Below are positions 40,505 through 51,460 of a stretch of 64,000 nt of DNA, piece by piece. The DNA is from Thermodesulfobacteriota bacterium (GTDB taxonomy: Bacteria > Desulfobacterota_D > UBA1144 > Nemesobacterales > CSP1-2). Position 1 is the stretch's first letter, and each line of letters opens with the position of its first letter. The position numbers and the translations under genes are program-made. The stretch spans positions 14,881-78,880 of the forward strand of contig JBAUII010000011.1 of the NCBI GenBank assembly GCA_049682815.1, in the 5' to 3' direction. Below the pieces are notes generated by a model. It had not been told where the DNA came from. It saw only the letters and a list, made by a program, of their open reading frames with translations, and did no database searches.

Positions 40505-43300
40505 TTATAAATTTTTTAAGCATAATATGTCATGCATTTCTCTTTCGCATTTTAACTTGAAAGCTTGCTCCATCAGTGTACCTTGGTTTATCTTGTGACG
40601 GGATAATGAACCTTCTGCAGGGCTTGAATAGGGACGCCTCCCGATGTAATGGACCGGCACATTGTTTGCGAGTTTTTTTAATCGTGGCTGCATATAGGTC
40701 CATGCACCCATATTCATTGGTTCTTCCTGCAGCCAGACGACTTCATCTATTGTATTGTATTTATCTAAAATATGCTTCAGTTCATCCTTTGGCAGGGGAT
40801 AATATTGTTCCACCCTTGCTATTGCGACCGAATTGTTATTGTCCCTGAAATCACTGGTTACGAGATCAACATAGACCTTTCCACTGCAAAATATCAGCCG
40901 TCTGACTTTATCAACATTTTCTTGATTTACGGGATCATCAATAACCGGCTCCCACGACCCTTTAGAAAGATCGATTAAAGAGGATGCTACCGCGGGATTT
41001 CTCAATAGGCTCTTAGGGGTCAATATTACGAGGGGCAAGGGATCGATTCTCAGAAGAGCCGCCTGACGCCGCAGGAGGTGAAAGTATTGTGCCGCTGTAG
41101 TACAGTTTGCAATCCGAATATTAATGTCGACGGCGGAATCTAAAAACCGCTCTAACCGAGCGCTCGAATGATCTGGTCCCTGTCCTTCATACGCATGCGG
41201 TAATAGGAGCACCAAAGAAGGGGTTTGTCCCCATTTAGCACGCGAGGAAGTTAGAAATTCGTCTATTATAACCTGGGCTCCATTTATGAAGTCTCCGTAC
41301 TGCGCTTCCCAAATGACAAGTCTTTGAGGCTCCTGGATGTTATAGCCGTATTCAAACCCAAGCGCCGCATTTTCCGACAGCGGGCTATTGTGTATTTCAA
41401 ACGCGGCTTTCGCCTGTGACAACTCCTTTAGCGGAACATACGGAGCACCGGTGTTAATGTCGTGGAAAACAGCATGTCTATGACTGAAAGTACCCCTCTC
41501 ACTATCCTGGCCGGTGAGTCTTATCGCTATCCCATCTGCCAGTATTGACGCAAAAGCCAACTGCTCGGCGATCATCCAGTCAATAGCGGGTTGGGCAGGA
41601 TCTCCATCTAGCGCTTTACTTCTTTTTTCCATAGTTCGCTTGAGCTTTGAGTGGGGGTTGAAGTCATTGGGCACTTTAAGTAATTCCCCATAGTAGGTTC
41701 TGAGCTTTTCTGCGGGAACAGCAGTTTTGATCTTTCTTGCGATCCCTGGCGGCGGCGGCTCCGGATGCTTCCTTAAGGGCACCTCAGTGCCACTCAATGA
41801 TTCCAGAGCCCTGTGGAGCTGGTCCATGCTAGCGGTGACAAGTTCGTCAGCCCATGTCCTATCGATGGTGTTTCGTGCAAATAGCTCATTTGCCCATAAT
41901 TCTCGAACAGTCTGGTGTTTTTCAATCTTTTTGTACATGGTAGGTTGTGTAAAGGAGGGTTCATCAGCTTCATTATGTCCATGACGTCGATAGCCAACCA
42001 GATCTATCAGCAAGTCCTTTTGAAATCGCATCAGGTACGCGAATGCAAGCCGAGCCGCTTCTATACAAGCCTCTGGGTCATCGGCGTTTACATGAACGAT
42101 CGGGATTTCGAATCCCTTTGCTAAATCGCTCGCGAAAAGCGTGCTCCGCCCGTCTTCCGGGTTTGTGGTAAAGCCAAGCTGGTTGTTAGTTATGATGTGA
42201 ATAGTTCCACCGGTGCGATAGCCGGGTAGGCGAGAAAGATTCAAGGTTTCTGCCACTACTCCTTGCCCGAGGAATGCAGCATCTCCGTGAATTAGTATCG
42301 GCAGAGTAACTGTGTGATCAAACTCAGGGGACCCATGGTTATCGACCTTCGTTCCAGCCGCACGCGCCATTCCCTCGACTACCGGGTTTACCGATTCCAG
42401 ATGGCTGGGGTTGGGTGCAAGGGTTACAACCATTTCAATCAGTTTGCCGGCTTTCAAGGCCCTGCTGGCTCCTTCATGATATTTTACGTCACCTGTCCAA
42501 CCCATATCATCCCTGAAGTCGCGTGCGAGCACAGGATCTTTAAACTTGACGAGGGTCTGTACATAGGGTTTGTTGAGAACGTGGGCCATCACGTTCAGCC
42601 GTCCCCGATGAGCCATACCCAGCAGAATGTTCCTGATGCCCGCTTCTGCGGCTTCAGCTATCACTTCGTTTAACATAGGTACCAGCATATCCACGCCCTC
42701 TATTGAGAAGCGAAATTTGCCGGGAAATATACGGTGAAGAAAGCGTTCAAAAACCTCTACCTTGGTAAGCGTCTCGAGAATGGCCTTTGGATCAATAGGG
42801 TCTTTCGGCGGGCGGAAACGACCCGATTCAGCGGTTAACCTTAACCACTCGCGCTCTTCGGGTATGTGAATGTGATCGTAATCAAAACCGATTTTGGATG
42901 TGTATATTTTAAAAAGGGATTCGATTGCATCGTGTGCGTTGACTGCGTCCTCACCAACCGGACCGCCGATCAGGCTCGGTGGCAACTGAGTTAGGTCTTC
43001 CTTTGTCAATCCATGTGCGGAAAAATGCAGTGAGGGATCCCCCGGGGGATCACTTCCAAGTGGGTCAATATTTGCAGCCAGGTGGCCATAAGCGCGAATG
43101 TCCTGGGCGAGAATAACCGCACCGGTGATCTTATCGATGTTGGTGGTTCGAGCGGGGATGTCGCCGTCGATCTCTGGTTTCCAATGCTCAAACATTGCTC
43201 TTGTGTGAGAGTCGACGGAGCTTGGATCGGCGTGATATTTGCTGTAAAGATCTAATATATAACCTGCGTTAGGTCCATGGAAGTCCTTCCAAATATTCAT
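40505..43300 (-). CDS. sucA: 2-oxoglutarate dehydrogenase E1 component
   Basis: 931 aa ThDP-dependent E1o with collinear conserved blocks. Immediately upstream of sucB on the same strand. Confidence 0.88.
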   Translation of the reverse strand: MNIWKDFHGPNAGYILDLYSKYHADPSSVDSHTRAMFEHWKPEIDGDIPARTTNIDKITGAVILAQDIRAYGHLAANIDPLGSDPPGDPSLHFSAHGLTKEDLTQLPPSLIGGPVGEDAVNAHDAIESLFKIYTSKIGFDYDHIHIPEEREWLRLTAESGRFRPPKDPIDPKAILETLTKVEVFERFLHRIFPGKFRFSIEGVDMLVPMLNEVIAEAAEAGIRNILLGMAHRGRLNVMAHVLNKPYVQTLVKFKDPVLARDFRDDMGWTGDVKYHEGASRALKAGKLIEMVVTLAPNPSHLESVNPVVEGMARAAGTKVDNHGSPEFDHTVTLPILIHGDAAFLGQGVVAETLNLSRLPGYRTGGTIHIITNNQLGFTTNPEDGRSTLFASDLAKGFEIPIVHVNADDPEACIEAARLAFAYLMRFQKDLLIDLVGYRRHGHNEADEPSFTQPTMYKKIEKHQTVRELWANELFARNTIDRTWADELVTASMDQLHRALESLSGTEVPLRKHPEPPPPGIARKIKTAVPAEKLRTYYGELLKVPNDFNPHSKLKRTMEKRSKALDGDPAQPAIDWMIAEQLAFASILADGIAIRLTGQDSERGTFSHRHAVFHDINTGAPYVPLKELSQAKAAFEIHNSPLSENAALGFEYGYNIQEPQRLVIWEAQYGDFINGAQVIIDEFLTSSRAKWGQTPSLVLLLPHAYEGQGPDHSSARLERFLDSAVDINIRIANCTTAAQYFHLLRRQAALLRIDPLPLVILTPKSLLRNPAVASSLIDLSKGSWEPVIDDPVNQENVDKVRRLIFCSGKVYVDLVTSDFRDNNNSVAIARVEQYYPLPKDELKHILDKYNTIDEVVWLQEEPMNMGAWTYMQPRLKKLANNVPVHYIGRRPYSSPAEGSLSRHKINQGTLMEQAFKLKCEREMHDILCLKNL

Positions 43301-43503
43301 ATATTTTCTTAAGATTCCTTGTTAATGTGTCGTGTAGGTTTGATTTTAAAATAATAGCACAATCATATGCAAAATAAAAATTGACGAGCTGGATTCAAGA
43401 ATTTTTCATACCCTTGAATTAAAGCTATAATATTGACAATTTTCAATCTTGGTATCAATGTTAGGGGAATTATTTTTTTCTTAATTCAACACTCTGATAA
43501 TAT

Positions 43504-44430
43504 ATGATAAGTGTCTCAGGCGTGACCAAAAGTTATGGGAAGTTGATTGCCATCGATAATATATCATTCCAGGTGGGGGAGGGTGAGATCTTAGGATTCT
43601 TAGGACCAAACGGGGCCGGAAAAACTACCACTATGCGTATCATTACCGGTTATACGCCCCCTACTGATGGGGAGGTGAGGGTTGGGGGCTTTGACGTCGT
43701 TGAAGACCCGATTCGGGCTAAGAAGCAGATAGGATATTTGCCCGAGAACCCACCGCTTTACAATGACATGACTGTTCGGGGCTATCTTGACTTCGTGGCA
43801 GATTTAAAGAATGTACCTGGCAAGATAAAGCGGGAGAGAATTAGCTTTGCGATGGAGAAATGTGGGATCGAGGATGTAAAGAACAGACTTATCGGAAATC
43901 TCTCGAAGGGATATAGACAGAGGATTGGAATTGCACAGGCATTGGTCAATGATCCTGCCGTTCTCATACTCGACGAACCTACAATCGGTCTCGACCCGAA
44001 GCAGATCATAGAAATCAGGGGACTCATAAAAGGCCTCGCCGGAGACCGGACTATTATACTGAGTACCCACATCCTGCCGGAAGTGAACATGATATGCACA
44101 AGGGTTATTATCATTCATAAGGGAAAGATAGCACTCGAGGAGTCGCTTGATAGAATCACCGGAGACTTACAGGCGTCGAGAGTTCTGCTACTTAAAATTA
44201 ATCGTAGCGACAACAATGTAAAGGACAGGATTCGGGGTCTACCCCACATTTCTGAAGTGAGTGAAATCTCTCACGGAGAGTTCAGGGTTAAGTGTGAAGA
44301 GTCGCGTGATGTCAGGGAACTAATAGCAAAAACGGTGGTTGAAAATGGATGGGGGTTGCTAGAGTTGCGCCCGTTTACTCAATCTCTAGAAGAGATATTT
44401 CTCAAAGTGATTTCGGCCGAAGGTGGATAA
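43504..44430 (+). CDS. ABC-2-type transporter ATP-binding protein (GldA-like)
   Basis: Walker A GPNGAGKTT, signature LSKGYRQRIGIAQAL, Walker B ILDEPT, and a C-terminal extension. Confidence 0.8.
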   Translation: MISVSGVTKSYGKLIAIDNISFQVGEGEILGFLGPNGAGKTTTMRIITGYTPPTDGEVRVGGFDVVEDPIRAKKQIGYLPENPPLYNDMTVRGYLDFVADLKNVPGKIKRERISFAMEKCGIEDVKNRLIGNLSKGYRQRIGIAQALVNDPAVLILDEPTIGLDPKQIIEIRGLIKGLAGDRTIILSTHILPEVNMICTRVIIIHKGKIALEESLDRITGDLQASRVLLLKINRSDNNVKDRIRGLPHISEVSEISHGEFRVKCEESRDVRELIAKTVVENGWGLLELRPFTQSLEEIFLKVISAEGG

Positions 44431-45183
44431 ATGAAGTCAGTATTCACTTTATTCAGGAAGGAATTGAAATCATACTTTTTTTCTCCGATCGCATTTATTG
44501 TCCTATTTGTATTTCTCGTTATTTCTGGGATTTTCTTTTTTCTATACCTACAAAGCTTCGCCGAGGCGCAATTTGATCCACGGTTACAGTTTGTTGAGGA
44601 AGCGGCCAACCTGAACGAAATCGTGATTCGTCCATTCTTCGGGACAATTGGTGTTGTTCTCCTTCTATTAATCCCTCTCATAACAATGCGCCTTATCGCG
44701 GATGAGAGAAAAAGCTTTACATCGGAGCTGCTCTTTACGTCGCCCGTAAGGATAACCAGTATAATAATAGGTAAATACCTGGCATCCCTATTGCTATTCG
44801 GCATAATGATCATTCTTTCGGTTGCTTACATCCTGGTACTGATCAAATACGGAAATCCCGATCTTGGGCCTATTTTTTCCGGTTATCTAGGGCTATTTCT
44901 TATGGGAGCTAGCTTTCTTGCCGTCGGGATTTTTGCTTCCGCTCTCACAGAGAATCAGATGATTGCAGCGGTAATATCATTTGGAATTCTTCTTGTGTTT
45001 TGGATTATGGGTGCCACTTCAAGTGCTGGGGATTCTGTCTTAGGTTATCTTTCCATAATTAACCATTTTGAAAACTTTGCAAAAGGTGTTATCGAATTAA
45101 AGGATGTAATTTATTATTTGTCATTTATCTTCTTGGGGCTCTACCTTGCTTACATATCGCTCGATTCGGAGAGGTGGAAATGA
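44431..45183 (+). CDS. ABC-2 family transporter permease (GldF-like)
   Basis: 250 aa, six predicted TM helices. Overlaps the ATPase stop codon. Confidence 0.7.
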   Translation: MKSVFTLFRKELKSYFFSPIAFIVLFVFLVISGIFFFLYLQSFAEAQFDPRLQFVEEAANLNEIVIRPFFGTIGVVLLLLIPLITMRLIADERKSFTSELLFTSPVRITSIIIGKYLASLLLFGIMIILSVAYILVLIKYGNPDLGPIFSGYLGLFLMGASFLAVGIFASALTENQMIAAVISFGILLVFWIMGATSSAGDSVLGYLSIINHFENFAKGVIELKDVIYYLSFIFLGLYLAYISLDSERWK

Positions 45184-46544
45184 GAAGAAAGCGCATATTT
45201 ATCCATGGGACGAATGCCCTCGTATTGACACTATTAATTCTTGGGATCCTGGCGGTGATAAACTATCTTTCCTGGAAAATCGGATCAAAGATAGATGTAA
45301 CGCGAGAGAGACTCCATTCGGTCTCGGATCAAACAATCAAAGTACTGAATGGTATTTACAACGATGTCGATGTGCTTGCTTTTTTTAAAGATGTTGGACT
45401 GGACAGACTGGAATTTCAGGAGTTGATGGGTGAATACACTGGGAGGAACAACAGGATCAAGTTTAGATTCATCGATGCCGATAAGGAGCCTGGAGTTGCC
45501 AGAAAATACGGGATCGATGAATATGGAACGGTTGTATTATCAAGTGGCGAGCAAGAGATCAAGGTAAAGGTAGCCGATCCGATCACTGGTACTATTAAGA
45601 ATAATTCCGAGCAAGAACTAACAAATGCGCTGATAAAGCTATCGAGTGACAAGAAGAAGGGTGTTTATTTCCTCGTAGGCCACGGCGAGAGGAATATAAA
45701 TAATAATTCCGATGCAGGAGGTTTGGGCAAGCTGAGGAGAGCACTCGAAGAGGAGGGTTATGAGGTCGGAGAATTGCTACTACTCAGAGAGTCGATAATA
45801 CCGAGTAAAAACTCAATTTTGATAATTGCATCTCCGGCTAAACCTTTATCTGAAAAGGAACTCGGCGACATTAAAAAATATCTGGATGAAGGAGGTAGGG
45901 CTGTATTCCTCATAGAACCACGAATGGGTGGCGATCTAGTTTCACTATTGCAAGACTATGGCATCGAAGTAGAGGATGATATAGTAATAGATCCTTCTTC
46001 AAAAATGGTAGGTGGTGGGGACGTCGCTCCCATAGTCGCACAATATCCGAATCACGAAATTACTGATAGATTCCGTCTTGCCACGATCTTTCCGTTCTCG
46101 AGAAGCATTGTTGTGACTAGCAAAGACAACGTAATAAATAATCTCATCGCCAATACAAGTCAGTTTAGCTGGTCAGAACGAAATCTAAGCCTCTTTGATC
46201 AGGGAGTTGCCCAGCAAGACGATGGAGATAAACCGGGGCCGCTCGGAGTGGCTGAAGTGAGTGAGATCGGAGAGAAAAGTAAGGTCGCGGTCTTTGGGAG
46301 TGCTGATTTTGTGTCGAACAGATTTTTTGATTTTTCTGGGAATAGCGATTTATTTCTTAATACAGTGCACTGGATTGTAGGTGACGAGAATCTGATTTCG
46401 ATTCGGCCTAAAGTGGCCGAGGAAGGGAAGTTGACCATAACCCAAAATCAGTTGACTGCTATTTTTATGGTTACAGTTGTTCTCCTTCCCTCAATTGTTT
46501 TATTCGCCGGTATCGGGGTTTGGTTGAAAAGGAGAAATATGTAG
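45174..46544 (+). CDS. GldG-family ABC transporter auxiliary component
   Basis: N- and C-terminal TM anchors with a large periplasmic domain; pattern and length fit GldG. Overlaps the permease gene. Confidence 0.7.
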   Translation: MEMRRKRIFIHGTNALVLTLLILGILAVINYLSWKIGSKIDVTRERLHSVSDQTIKVLNGIYNDVDVLAFFKDVGLDRLEFQELMGEYTGRNNRIKFRFIDADKEPGVARKYGIDEYGTVVLSSGEQEIKVKVADPITGTIKNNSEQELTNALIKLSSDKKKGVYFLVGHGERNINNNSDAGGLGKLRRALEEEGYEVGELLLLRESIIPSKNSILIIASPAKPLSEKELGDIKKYLDEGGRAVFLIEPRMGGDLVSLLQDYGIEVEDDIVIDPSSKMVGGGDVAPIVAQYPNHEITDRFRLATIFPFSRSIVVTSKDNVINNLIANTSQFSWSERNLSLFDQGVAQQDDGDKPGPLGVAEVSEIGEKSKVAVFGSADFVSNRFFDFSGNSDLFLNTVHWIVGDENLISIRPKVAEEGKLTITQNQLTAIFMVTVVLLPSIVLFAGIGVWLKRRNM

Positions 46545-46578
46545 CACAATTGACTAATCATGCCCATTATAAATAGTC

Positions 46579-47919
46579 ATGAATAAAAATCTTAAGACGT
46601 TCTCTCCCACGCTCATTGCAGCGCTAATCCTTTTCATCCTTCTCGCCTATCTCTTTCTGTCTGAAATGAGGGGAAACAAGGAAAAGGGAACCGGGAAGGA
46701 ACTATTCCCCGAAATCGAAAAGCCACAAATAAGCTCTATGACGCTCAAATACCCTGGTCATGAAATAACCCTGACCAAGGATGGAGGTAAATGGGTTGTA
46801 ATTAAAGATTCAAAAAGATTTAGTGGCGATGACGATGCTGTTGGAAGTCTTTTGAGCGAAATTTCAGAGATGGAAGTTCAGAAGATTGCCGCCGATAATC
46901 CTTCGAGTTTGGATGATTTCGGACTGAGTAGTCCTCGAGTAGAAGTGATATTCAGAATGCCTCAAGATGAATATAAGCTTTTAGTAGGTTCAGATACCCC
47001 GGTGGGTTCAGGCACTTATATTAAGACTGACGGGGACGGCAAGGTACTAATTGCAGATAAAAATTCTCTTCTACCGTTTCTGGACAGATTAGAAAATGAT
47101 TTCAGGGATAAGCAAATCCTCGCACTAGATGAGAATAAGATAAATAGAGTTATCTTTAGGTCAGATGACTCATCGTTTGAAGTCGACAGAGAAGATGGGA
47201 GGTGGGTTGGAAAGGATATGCCTGATTATGTCCAACTCGATCAAGACAGGGTAAGGTTGATTTTAAAAGCATTTTTAAATCTGAATATAGATAATTTCGA
47301 AGCAGATAATCCCATGAATCTATCGGCATACGGCCTGGACAAGCCAAATGCTGAGATTGAAATCTTTGAGGACGATAATTCGATTAGGGTCTTGTTCGGA
47401 AATAAAATGGACAACGGTGATTATTATATAAAGCTTGATTCAAAGAGTCCGGTTTATTCAGTATCTGAATATGTATTCGTGCAGATTCCCGAGAACATAG
47501 ATGAAATAAGGGTGAGAAAGTTATTAGACATAGACGCACTGAGGGTGAGAGGATTGGAGATAAAAGACGGTGGTAACTATCTGTCGATGAGCAAGGTTGG
47601 AGATACGTGGACGGTTATAAACTATGGAAAAGCACGAGTAAATGAGGCAAGAATTAAAGACCTATTGAATGAAATTGCCAACCTAGAGGTTGAAGCATTT
47701 ATTGATGATAATCCCCGGGACCTAGCCCCCTATGGTTTGGACAGACCAGAAATACAGATAACAGTTGCCGGGCCGGATAATGAGAGAGTCACGCTACTTT
47801 TTGGGAGGAAAGAGGACGAAAAGGTATATACCAAGATTTCGGGTCAGGACTCAATTTATGAAACAAGCGATCTAATACTCTCTAAGATACATGTCTCTGA
47901 GAATGAATTCGGGAAATGA
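46579..47919 (+). CDS. DUF4340 domain protein (commonly follows gldG-type genes)
   Basis: N-terminal TM segment then repeated DUF4340-like modules (ADNPSSLDDFGL / ADNPMNLSAYGL / DDNPRDLAPYGL). Confidence 0.6.
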   Translation: MNKNLKTFSPTLIAALILFILLAYLFLSEMRGNKEKGTGKELFPEIEKPQISSMTLKYPGHEITLTKDGGKWVVIKDSKRFSGDDDAVGSLLSEISEMEVQKIAADNPSSLDDFGLSSPRVEVIFRMPQDEYKLLVGSDTPVGSGTYIKTDGDGKVLIADKNSLLPFLDRLENDFRDKQILALDENKINRVIFRSDDSSFEVDREDGRWVGKDMPDYVQLDQDRVRLILKAFLNLNIDNFEADNPMNLSAYGLDKPNAEIEIFEDDNSIRVLFGNKMDNGDYYIKLDSKSPVYSVSEYVFVQIPENIDEIRVRKLLDIDALRVRGLEIKDGGNYLSMSKVGDTWTVINYGKARVNEARIKDLLNEIANLEVEAFIDDNPRDLAPYGLDRPEIQITVAGPDNERVTLLFGRKEDEKVYTKISGQDSIYETSDLILSKIHVSENEFGK

Positions 47920-48201
47920 ACACAATTATCCATACGAATCCTTTTTTGTGAGATTAACTTAAGTGAGCCCCAGATTAAATCGAAAAGCGCTTGAGCGGAT
48001 GTAATCTTTCTTTTAGGTTAGCTACACCTACCCCCTTTTAATCGTCGTCACTCCATCCAGCTTTACCCATCCCGGAACGATTACTTAATTACCATTGACA
48101 ATTGTAAGGGATTCGTGACACAATAGAGGGGGTAAAGTTCACTTTCTTACTGTCAGTTAGAAGATAAGCCCGCATAAATCAAAATAAAGGAACGGCAATT
48201 T

Positions 48202-49566
48202 ATGGATGAACAAATGGAGTTATTGAAAACCAGTATTCCGGGACCGAAGTCGAAAAGGCTGGTCAAACTGAGAGAGAAGTACGTGCCGAGGGGGGTGTTT
48301 AATACTGTTCCGGCCTTTATCAAGCAGGCTAAAGATGCACTGATCACCGATATCGACGGGAATACTTTCATAGATTTTGCGAGCGGTCTCGCATCGGTAA
48401 ATGTCGGATACTCCCGAGAGGAAATAGTTGAGCCATTGGGGGAGCAAATAGAGAAGTATCTCCACACCTGCTTTCACGTTTTTATGTATGAGTCCTATGT
48501 TCGTCTGGCTGAGAAACTTGCAGAGATAACGCCGGGAAATTTCCCCAAGAAAACAATTCTGGTAAACAGCGGAGCAGAAGCTGTGGAGAACGCGATTAAG
48601 GTCGCAAGATATTTTACTAAGAGAAAAGCCATAATAACCTTTGAACATGCCTTCCATGGAAGAACCTTGCTGGGTATGACTCTTACAAGCAAAATCAGGT
48701 ATTACAAGTTAGGATTTGGCCCTTTTGCCCCTGAGGTCTATCGTCTTCCCTATGGCTACTGTTATCGCTGCCCATTCAATGAAAATTCAGGGAAATGTTG
48801 TTTGGCTTGTATCGATAACTTCACAAGTTTCTTTAAAACGCACATAGATCCGGAGGAAGTTGCCGCCATTATAGTTGAACCGGTAACAGGTGAAGGGGGT
48901 TTCATAGTTCCGCCTCGGGAGTTCCTACCTGAGATAGGGAGGGTTTGCAAGCAACACGGGATTGTATTTATAGTTGACGAGGTACAGACAGGGTTTGGAA
49001 GAACGGGTGAAATGTTTGCTGTGAACCACTACAATCTTGAGCCGGACTTATTGGTTATGGGAAAATCGATAGCAGCCGGACTCCCCCTGGGTGCGGTTAC
49101 GGGAAGGGCTGAGATTCTGGAGTCTTCTGAAGTAGGATCACTTGGAGGGACTTTTGGTGGAAACCCGCTTTCGTGCATCGCATCTCTTAAGGTTATTGAA
49201 ATCATGCAGAAACCAGGTTTTATGCAACACGCTCGTAAGATAGGTCATTTGATAAACAATAGACTTAAGGAAATGAAGAGGAAATACTACGTGATTGGAG
49301 ATGCAAGGGGAATGGGGGCGATGGCAGCTATAGAACTCGTTAAAGATAGGAAAACCAAAGAACCTGCCAAGCAGGAAACGTCAGATATTATAAAATTTTG
49401 CGTTGAGAACGGCCTCGTAATAATGAAGGCAGGCGCTTATGACAATGTGGTACGACTACTTGTGCCTCTCATAATCACAGAGGATCTACTGGCAATGGGA
49501 TTGGGTATCTTGGAAAAGGCCGTCAAGACGGTTAATAATAGATATGCCTCGAAAAAAAGGGTCTAG
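48202..49566 (+). CDS. class-III PLP-dependent aminotransferase (GABA/putrescine aminotransferase-like)
   Basis: 454 aa with the PLP-lysine region DEVQTGFGRTGEMFA and other class-III aminotransferase motifs. Confidence 0.8.
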   Translation: MDEQMELLKTSIPGPKSKRLVKLREKYVPRGVFNTVPAFIKQAKDALITDIDGNTFIDFASGLASVNVGYSREEIVEPLGEQIEKYLHTCFHVFMYESYVRLAEKLAEITPGNFPKKTILVNSGAEAVENAIKVARYFTKRKAIITFEHAFHGRTLLGMTLTSKIRYYKLGFGPFAPEVYRLPYGYCYRCPFNENSGKCCLACIDNFTSFFKTHIDPEEVAAIIVEPVTGEGGFIVPPREFLPEIGRVCKQHGIVFIVDEVQTGFGRTGEMFAVNHYNLEPDLLVMGKSIAAGLPLGAVTGRAEILESSEVGSLGGTFGGNPLSCIASLKVIEIMQKPGFMQHARKIGHLINNRLKEMKRKYYVIGDARGMGAMAAIELVKDRKTKEPAKQETSDIIKFCVENGLVIMKAGAYDNVVRLLVPLIITEDLLAMGLGILEKAVKTVNNRYASKKRV

Positions 49567-49823
49567 CAGTGAGCGCAGGGAATTGTTATATTTTTGATCA
49601 AATCTGATGCAGGTATCTGTTGATAGAACTAAAGTAAATGCAAGCTTCCAGAGCCTATTTCGTTCTGATATCTCTTGATCTGTATTATTATCAGAAGGTT
49701 ATTGCCGTGAGTAGCAAAGAAGCGAACGAGTATTTGCTCCCATCATGAAATTGATTCGTTTACTTTAAAATTAAGCTATTTTGATTTGGGATTCACAAGT
49801 AAAACGAAGGGAGGTGATCCAGT

Positions 49824-51302
49824 ATGGCCGTTAAGAAATATAAAATGTTTGTTGACGGGAGCTGGGTTTCTTCGAATAAAGGAGATACTTGGGATGTTAT
49901 TAATCCGGCTAATCAAGAGGTAATTGCTCAGGTTCCACTCGGAGATGAAGAGGATACCAGAATGGCAATTATGGCTGCAAGACGTGCATTCGACCACGGG
50001 CCCTGGAGAAAAATGAGCCAAGTTGATCGTGGAAAACTATTGCTTGCCCTTGCTCAAGAGATTAGAGAACACTCTGGGGAATTAGCGAAGCTTGAGACTC
50101 TCAATTGTGGAAAACCCATAAGAGAATCCAGATTCGATGTTAGTGATACTGCGGATTGCTTTGAATTTTATGGCGGCCTTGCAGACAAAATTAATGGAGA
50201 TATTGTTCCAGTACCTGATGGCAATATCTTTGCGATGGTTCTCAGAGAGCCCGTGGGCGTTGTAGGCCAGATTATTCCATGGAATTATCCGCTACTCATG
50301 GCTGCATGGAAGCTCGCGCCGGCTCTTGCAACGGGGAATTGCTGCGTATTAAAGCCTGCTGAGATTACACCTCTTACGGCTTTTGAACTTGGAAAGTTGA
50401 TTAAGAAGGTTGGATTTCCAGATGGTGTTGTAAATATTATAAATGGACTGGGTCCTGTTGCTGGAATGGAGCTGGGTAGGAGCGAGTATGTAGACAAGAT
50501 TGCCTTTACAGGAAGCGTAGATGTGGGTAAACAGCTAATGGTTGCAGCCGCTGGGAACGTAAAGAAAATCTCCCTCGAACTCGGTGGGAAATCCCCTATG
50601 ATTGTGTTCGACGACGCTGATTTTCCTCTTGCTGTTGATTGGGTTCAGTTTGGAATTTTTGTAAATCAAGGGGAAGTTTGTTCTGCAACTTCAAGGCTCT
50701 ACGTTCAGGAAAAAATTCATGATAAATTCGTTGAAGCTCTCACCAAGAAGACAAAGAGGGTCAGGATTGGGAATCCGTTAGATGAATCTACGGAGATGGG
50801 TCCTATCGCTTCTGAGAAACAGTTGAATAAGATTATGAACTATATTGAGATTGGGAAGAAGGGGGGTGCAGAAGTCGCGATCGGGGGAAAGCGCCTCGAG
50901 AAAGGTGACCTAGCTAAGGGTTTTTATCTATCACCTACGGTTTTTACGAAGGTAAAGAACGATATGAAGATCGTGCAGGACGAAATCTTTGGACCTGTGC
51001 TTACTGTAACTAAATTTAAAGATGAAGAAGAGGCAATAGATCTTGCAAACTCAACGAGATATGGACTCGCAGGTGGAGTTTTTACTAGAGATCTAAATAG
51101 GGCTTTCAGAATCGTAAAGGAGCTTAGAGCGGGAATAATTTGGGTTAATTCGTCGCAACCCTGTTTCAACCAGCTTCCATGGGGGGGGTACAAGCAAAGC
51201 GGAATTGGAAGAGAACTTGGAAAGTATGCCGTGGAGGAATATACTCAGTTGAAACAGGTTACTATTAATTTGAATGAGGGTCCACTTGGCTGGTATTCGT
51301 AA
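49824..51302 (+). CDS. NAD(P)-dependent aldehyde dehydrogenase (aminobutyraldehyde/betaine-aldehyde dehydrogenase-like)
   Basis: ELGGKSP, catalytic Cys in GEVCSATS, and the NAD-binding FTGSVDVG motif. Confidence 0.85.
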   Translation: MAVKKYKMFVDGSWVSSNKGDTWDVINPANQEVIAQVPLGDEEDTRMAIMAARRAFDHGPWRKMSQVDRGKLLLALAQEIREHSGELAKLETLNCGKPIRESRFDVSDTADCFEFYGGLADKINGDIVPVPDGNIFAMVLREPVGVVGQIIPWNYPLLMAAWKLAPALATGNCCVLKPAEITPLTAFELGKLIKKVGFPDGVVNIINGLGPVAGMELGRSEYVDKIAFTGSVDVGKQLMVAAAGNVKKISLELGGKSPMIVFDDADFPLAVDWVQFGIFVNQGEVCSATSRLYVQEKIHDKFVEALTKKTKRVRIGNPLDESTEMGPIASEKQLNKIMNYIEIGKKGGAEVAIGGKRLEKGDLAKGFYLSPTVFTKVKNDMKIVQDEIFGPVLTVTKFKDEEEAIDLANSTRYGLAGGVFTRDLNRAFRIVKELRAGIIWVNSSQPCFNQLPWGGYKQSGIGRELGKYAVEEYTQLKQVTINLNEGPLGWYS

Positions 51303-51381
51303 ATTTTTAACAAACGAAGTTGGGTATCTGTCGACGAAATTTGATTACCTGAAGCGGATCCGGAAGGCTGGAGAGGATTGT

Positions 51382-51395
51382 CAAGAGCGCTCTTG
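51382..51395. promoter_or_regulatory. perfect 14-bp palindrome CAAGAGCGCTCTTG upstream of potA; candidate operator
   Basis: Exact palindrome in the 158-bp gap between the aldehyde dehydrogenase and potA genes. Not followed by a U-run, so it is not a typical intrinsic terminator. Confidence 0.25.
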
Positions 51396-51460
51396 AATTT
51401 AGACGTTCTCTTCTACTACTTTCGCATGTATTCGAATTTAATCGGCTTTCGAGATAGACA

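Noticed and set aside
39597-40598. 333-aa Ser-rich ORF on the + strand
   Set aside because: It is entirely antisense to the well-supported sucB gene, and it has a low-complexity, S-rich composition. This is a typical antisense artefact of a charged-linker E2 gene.
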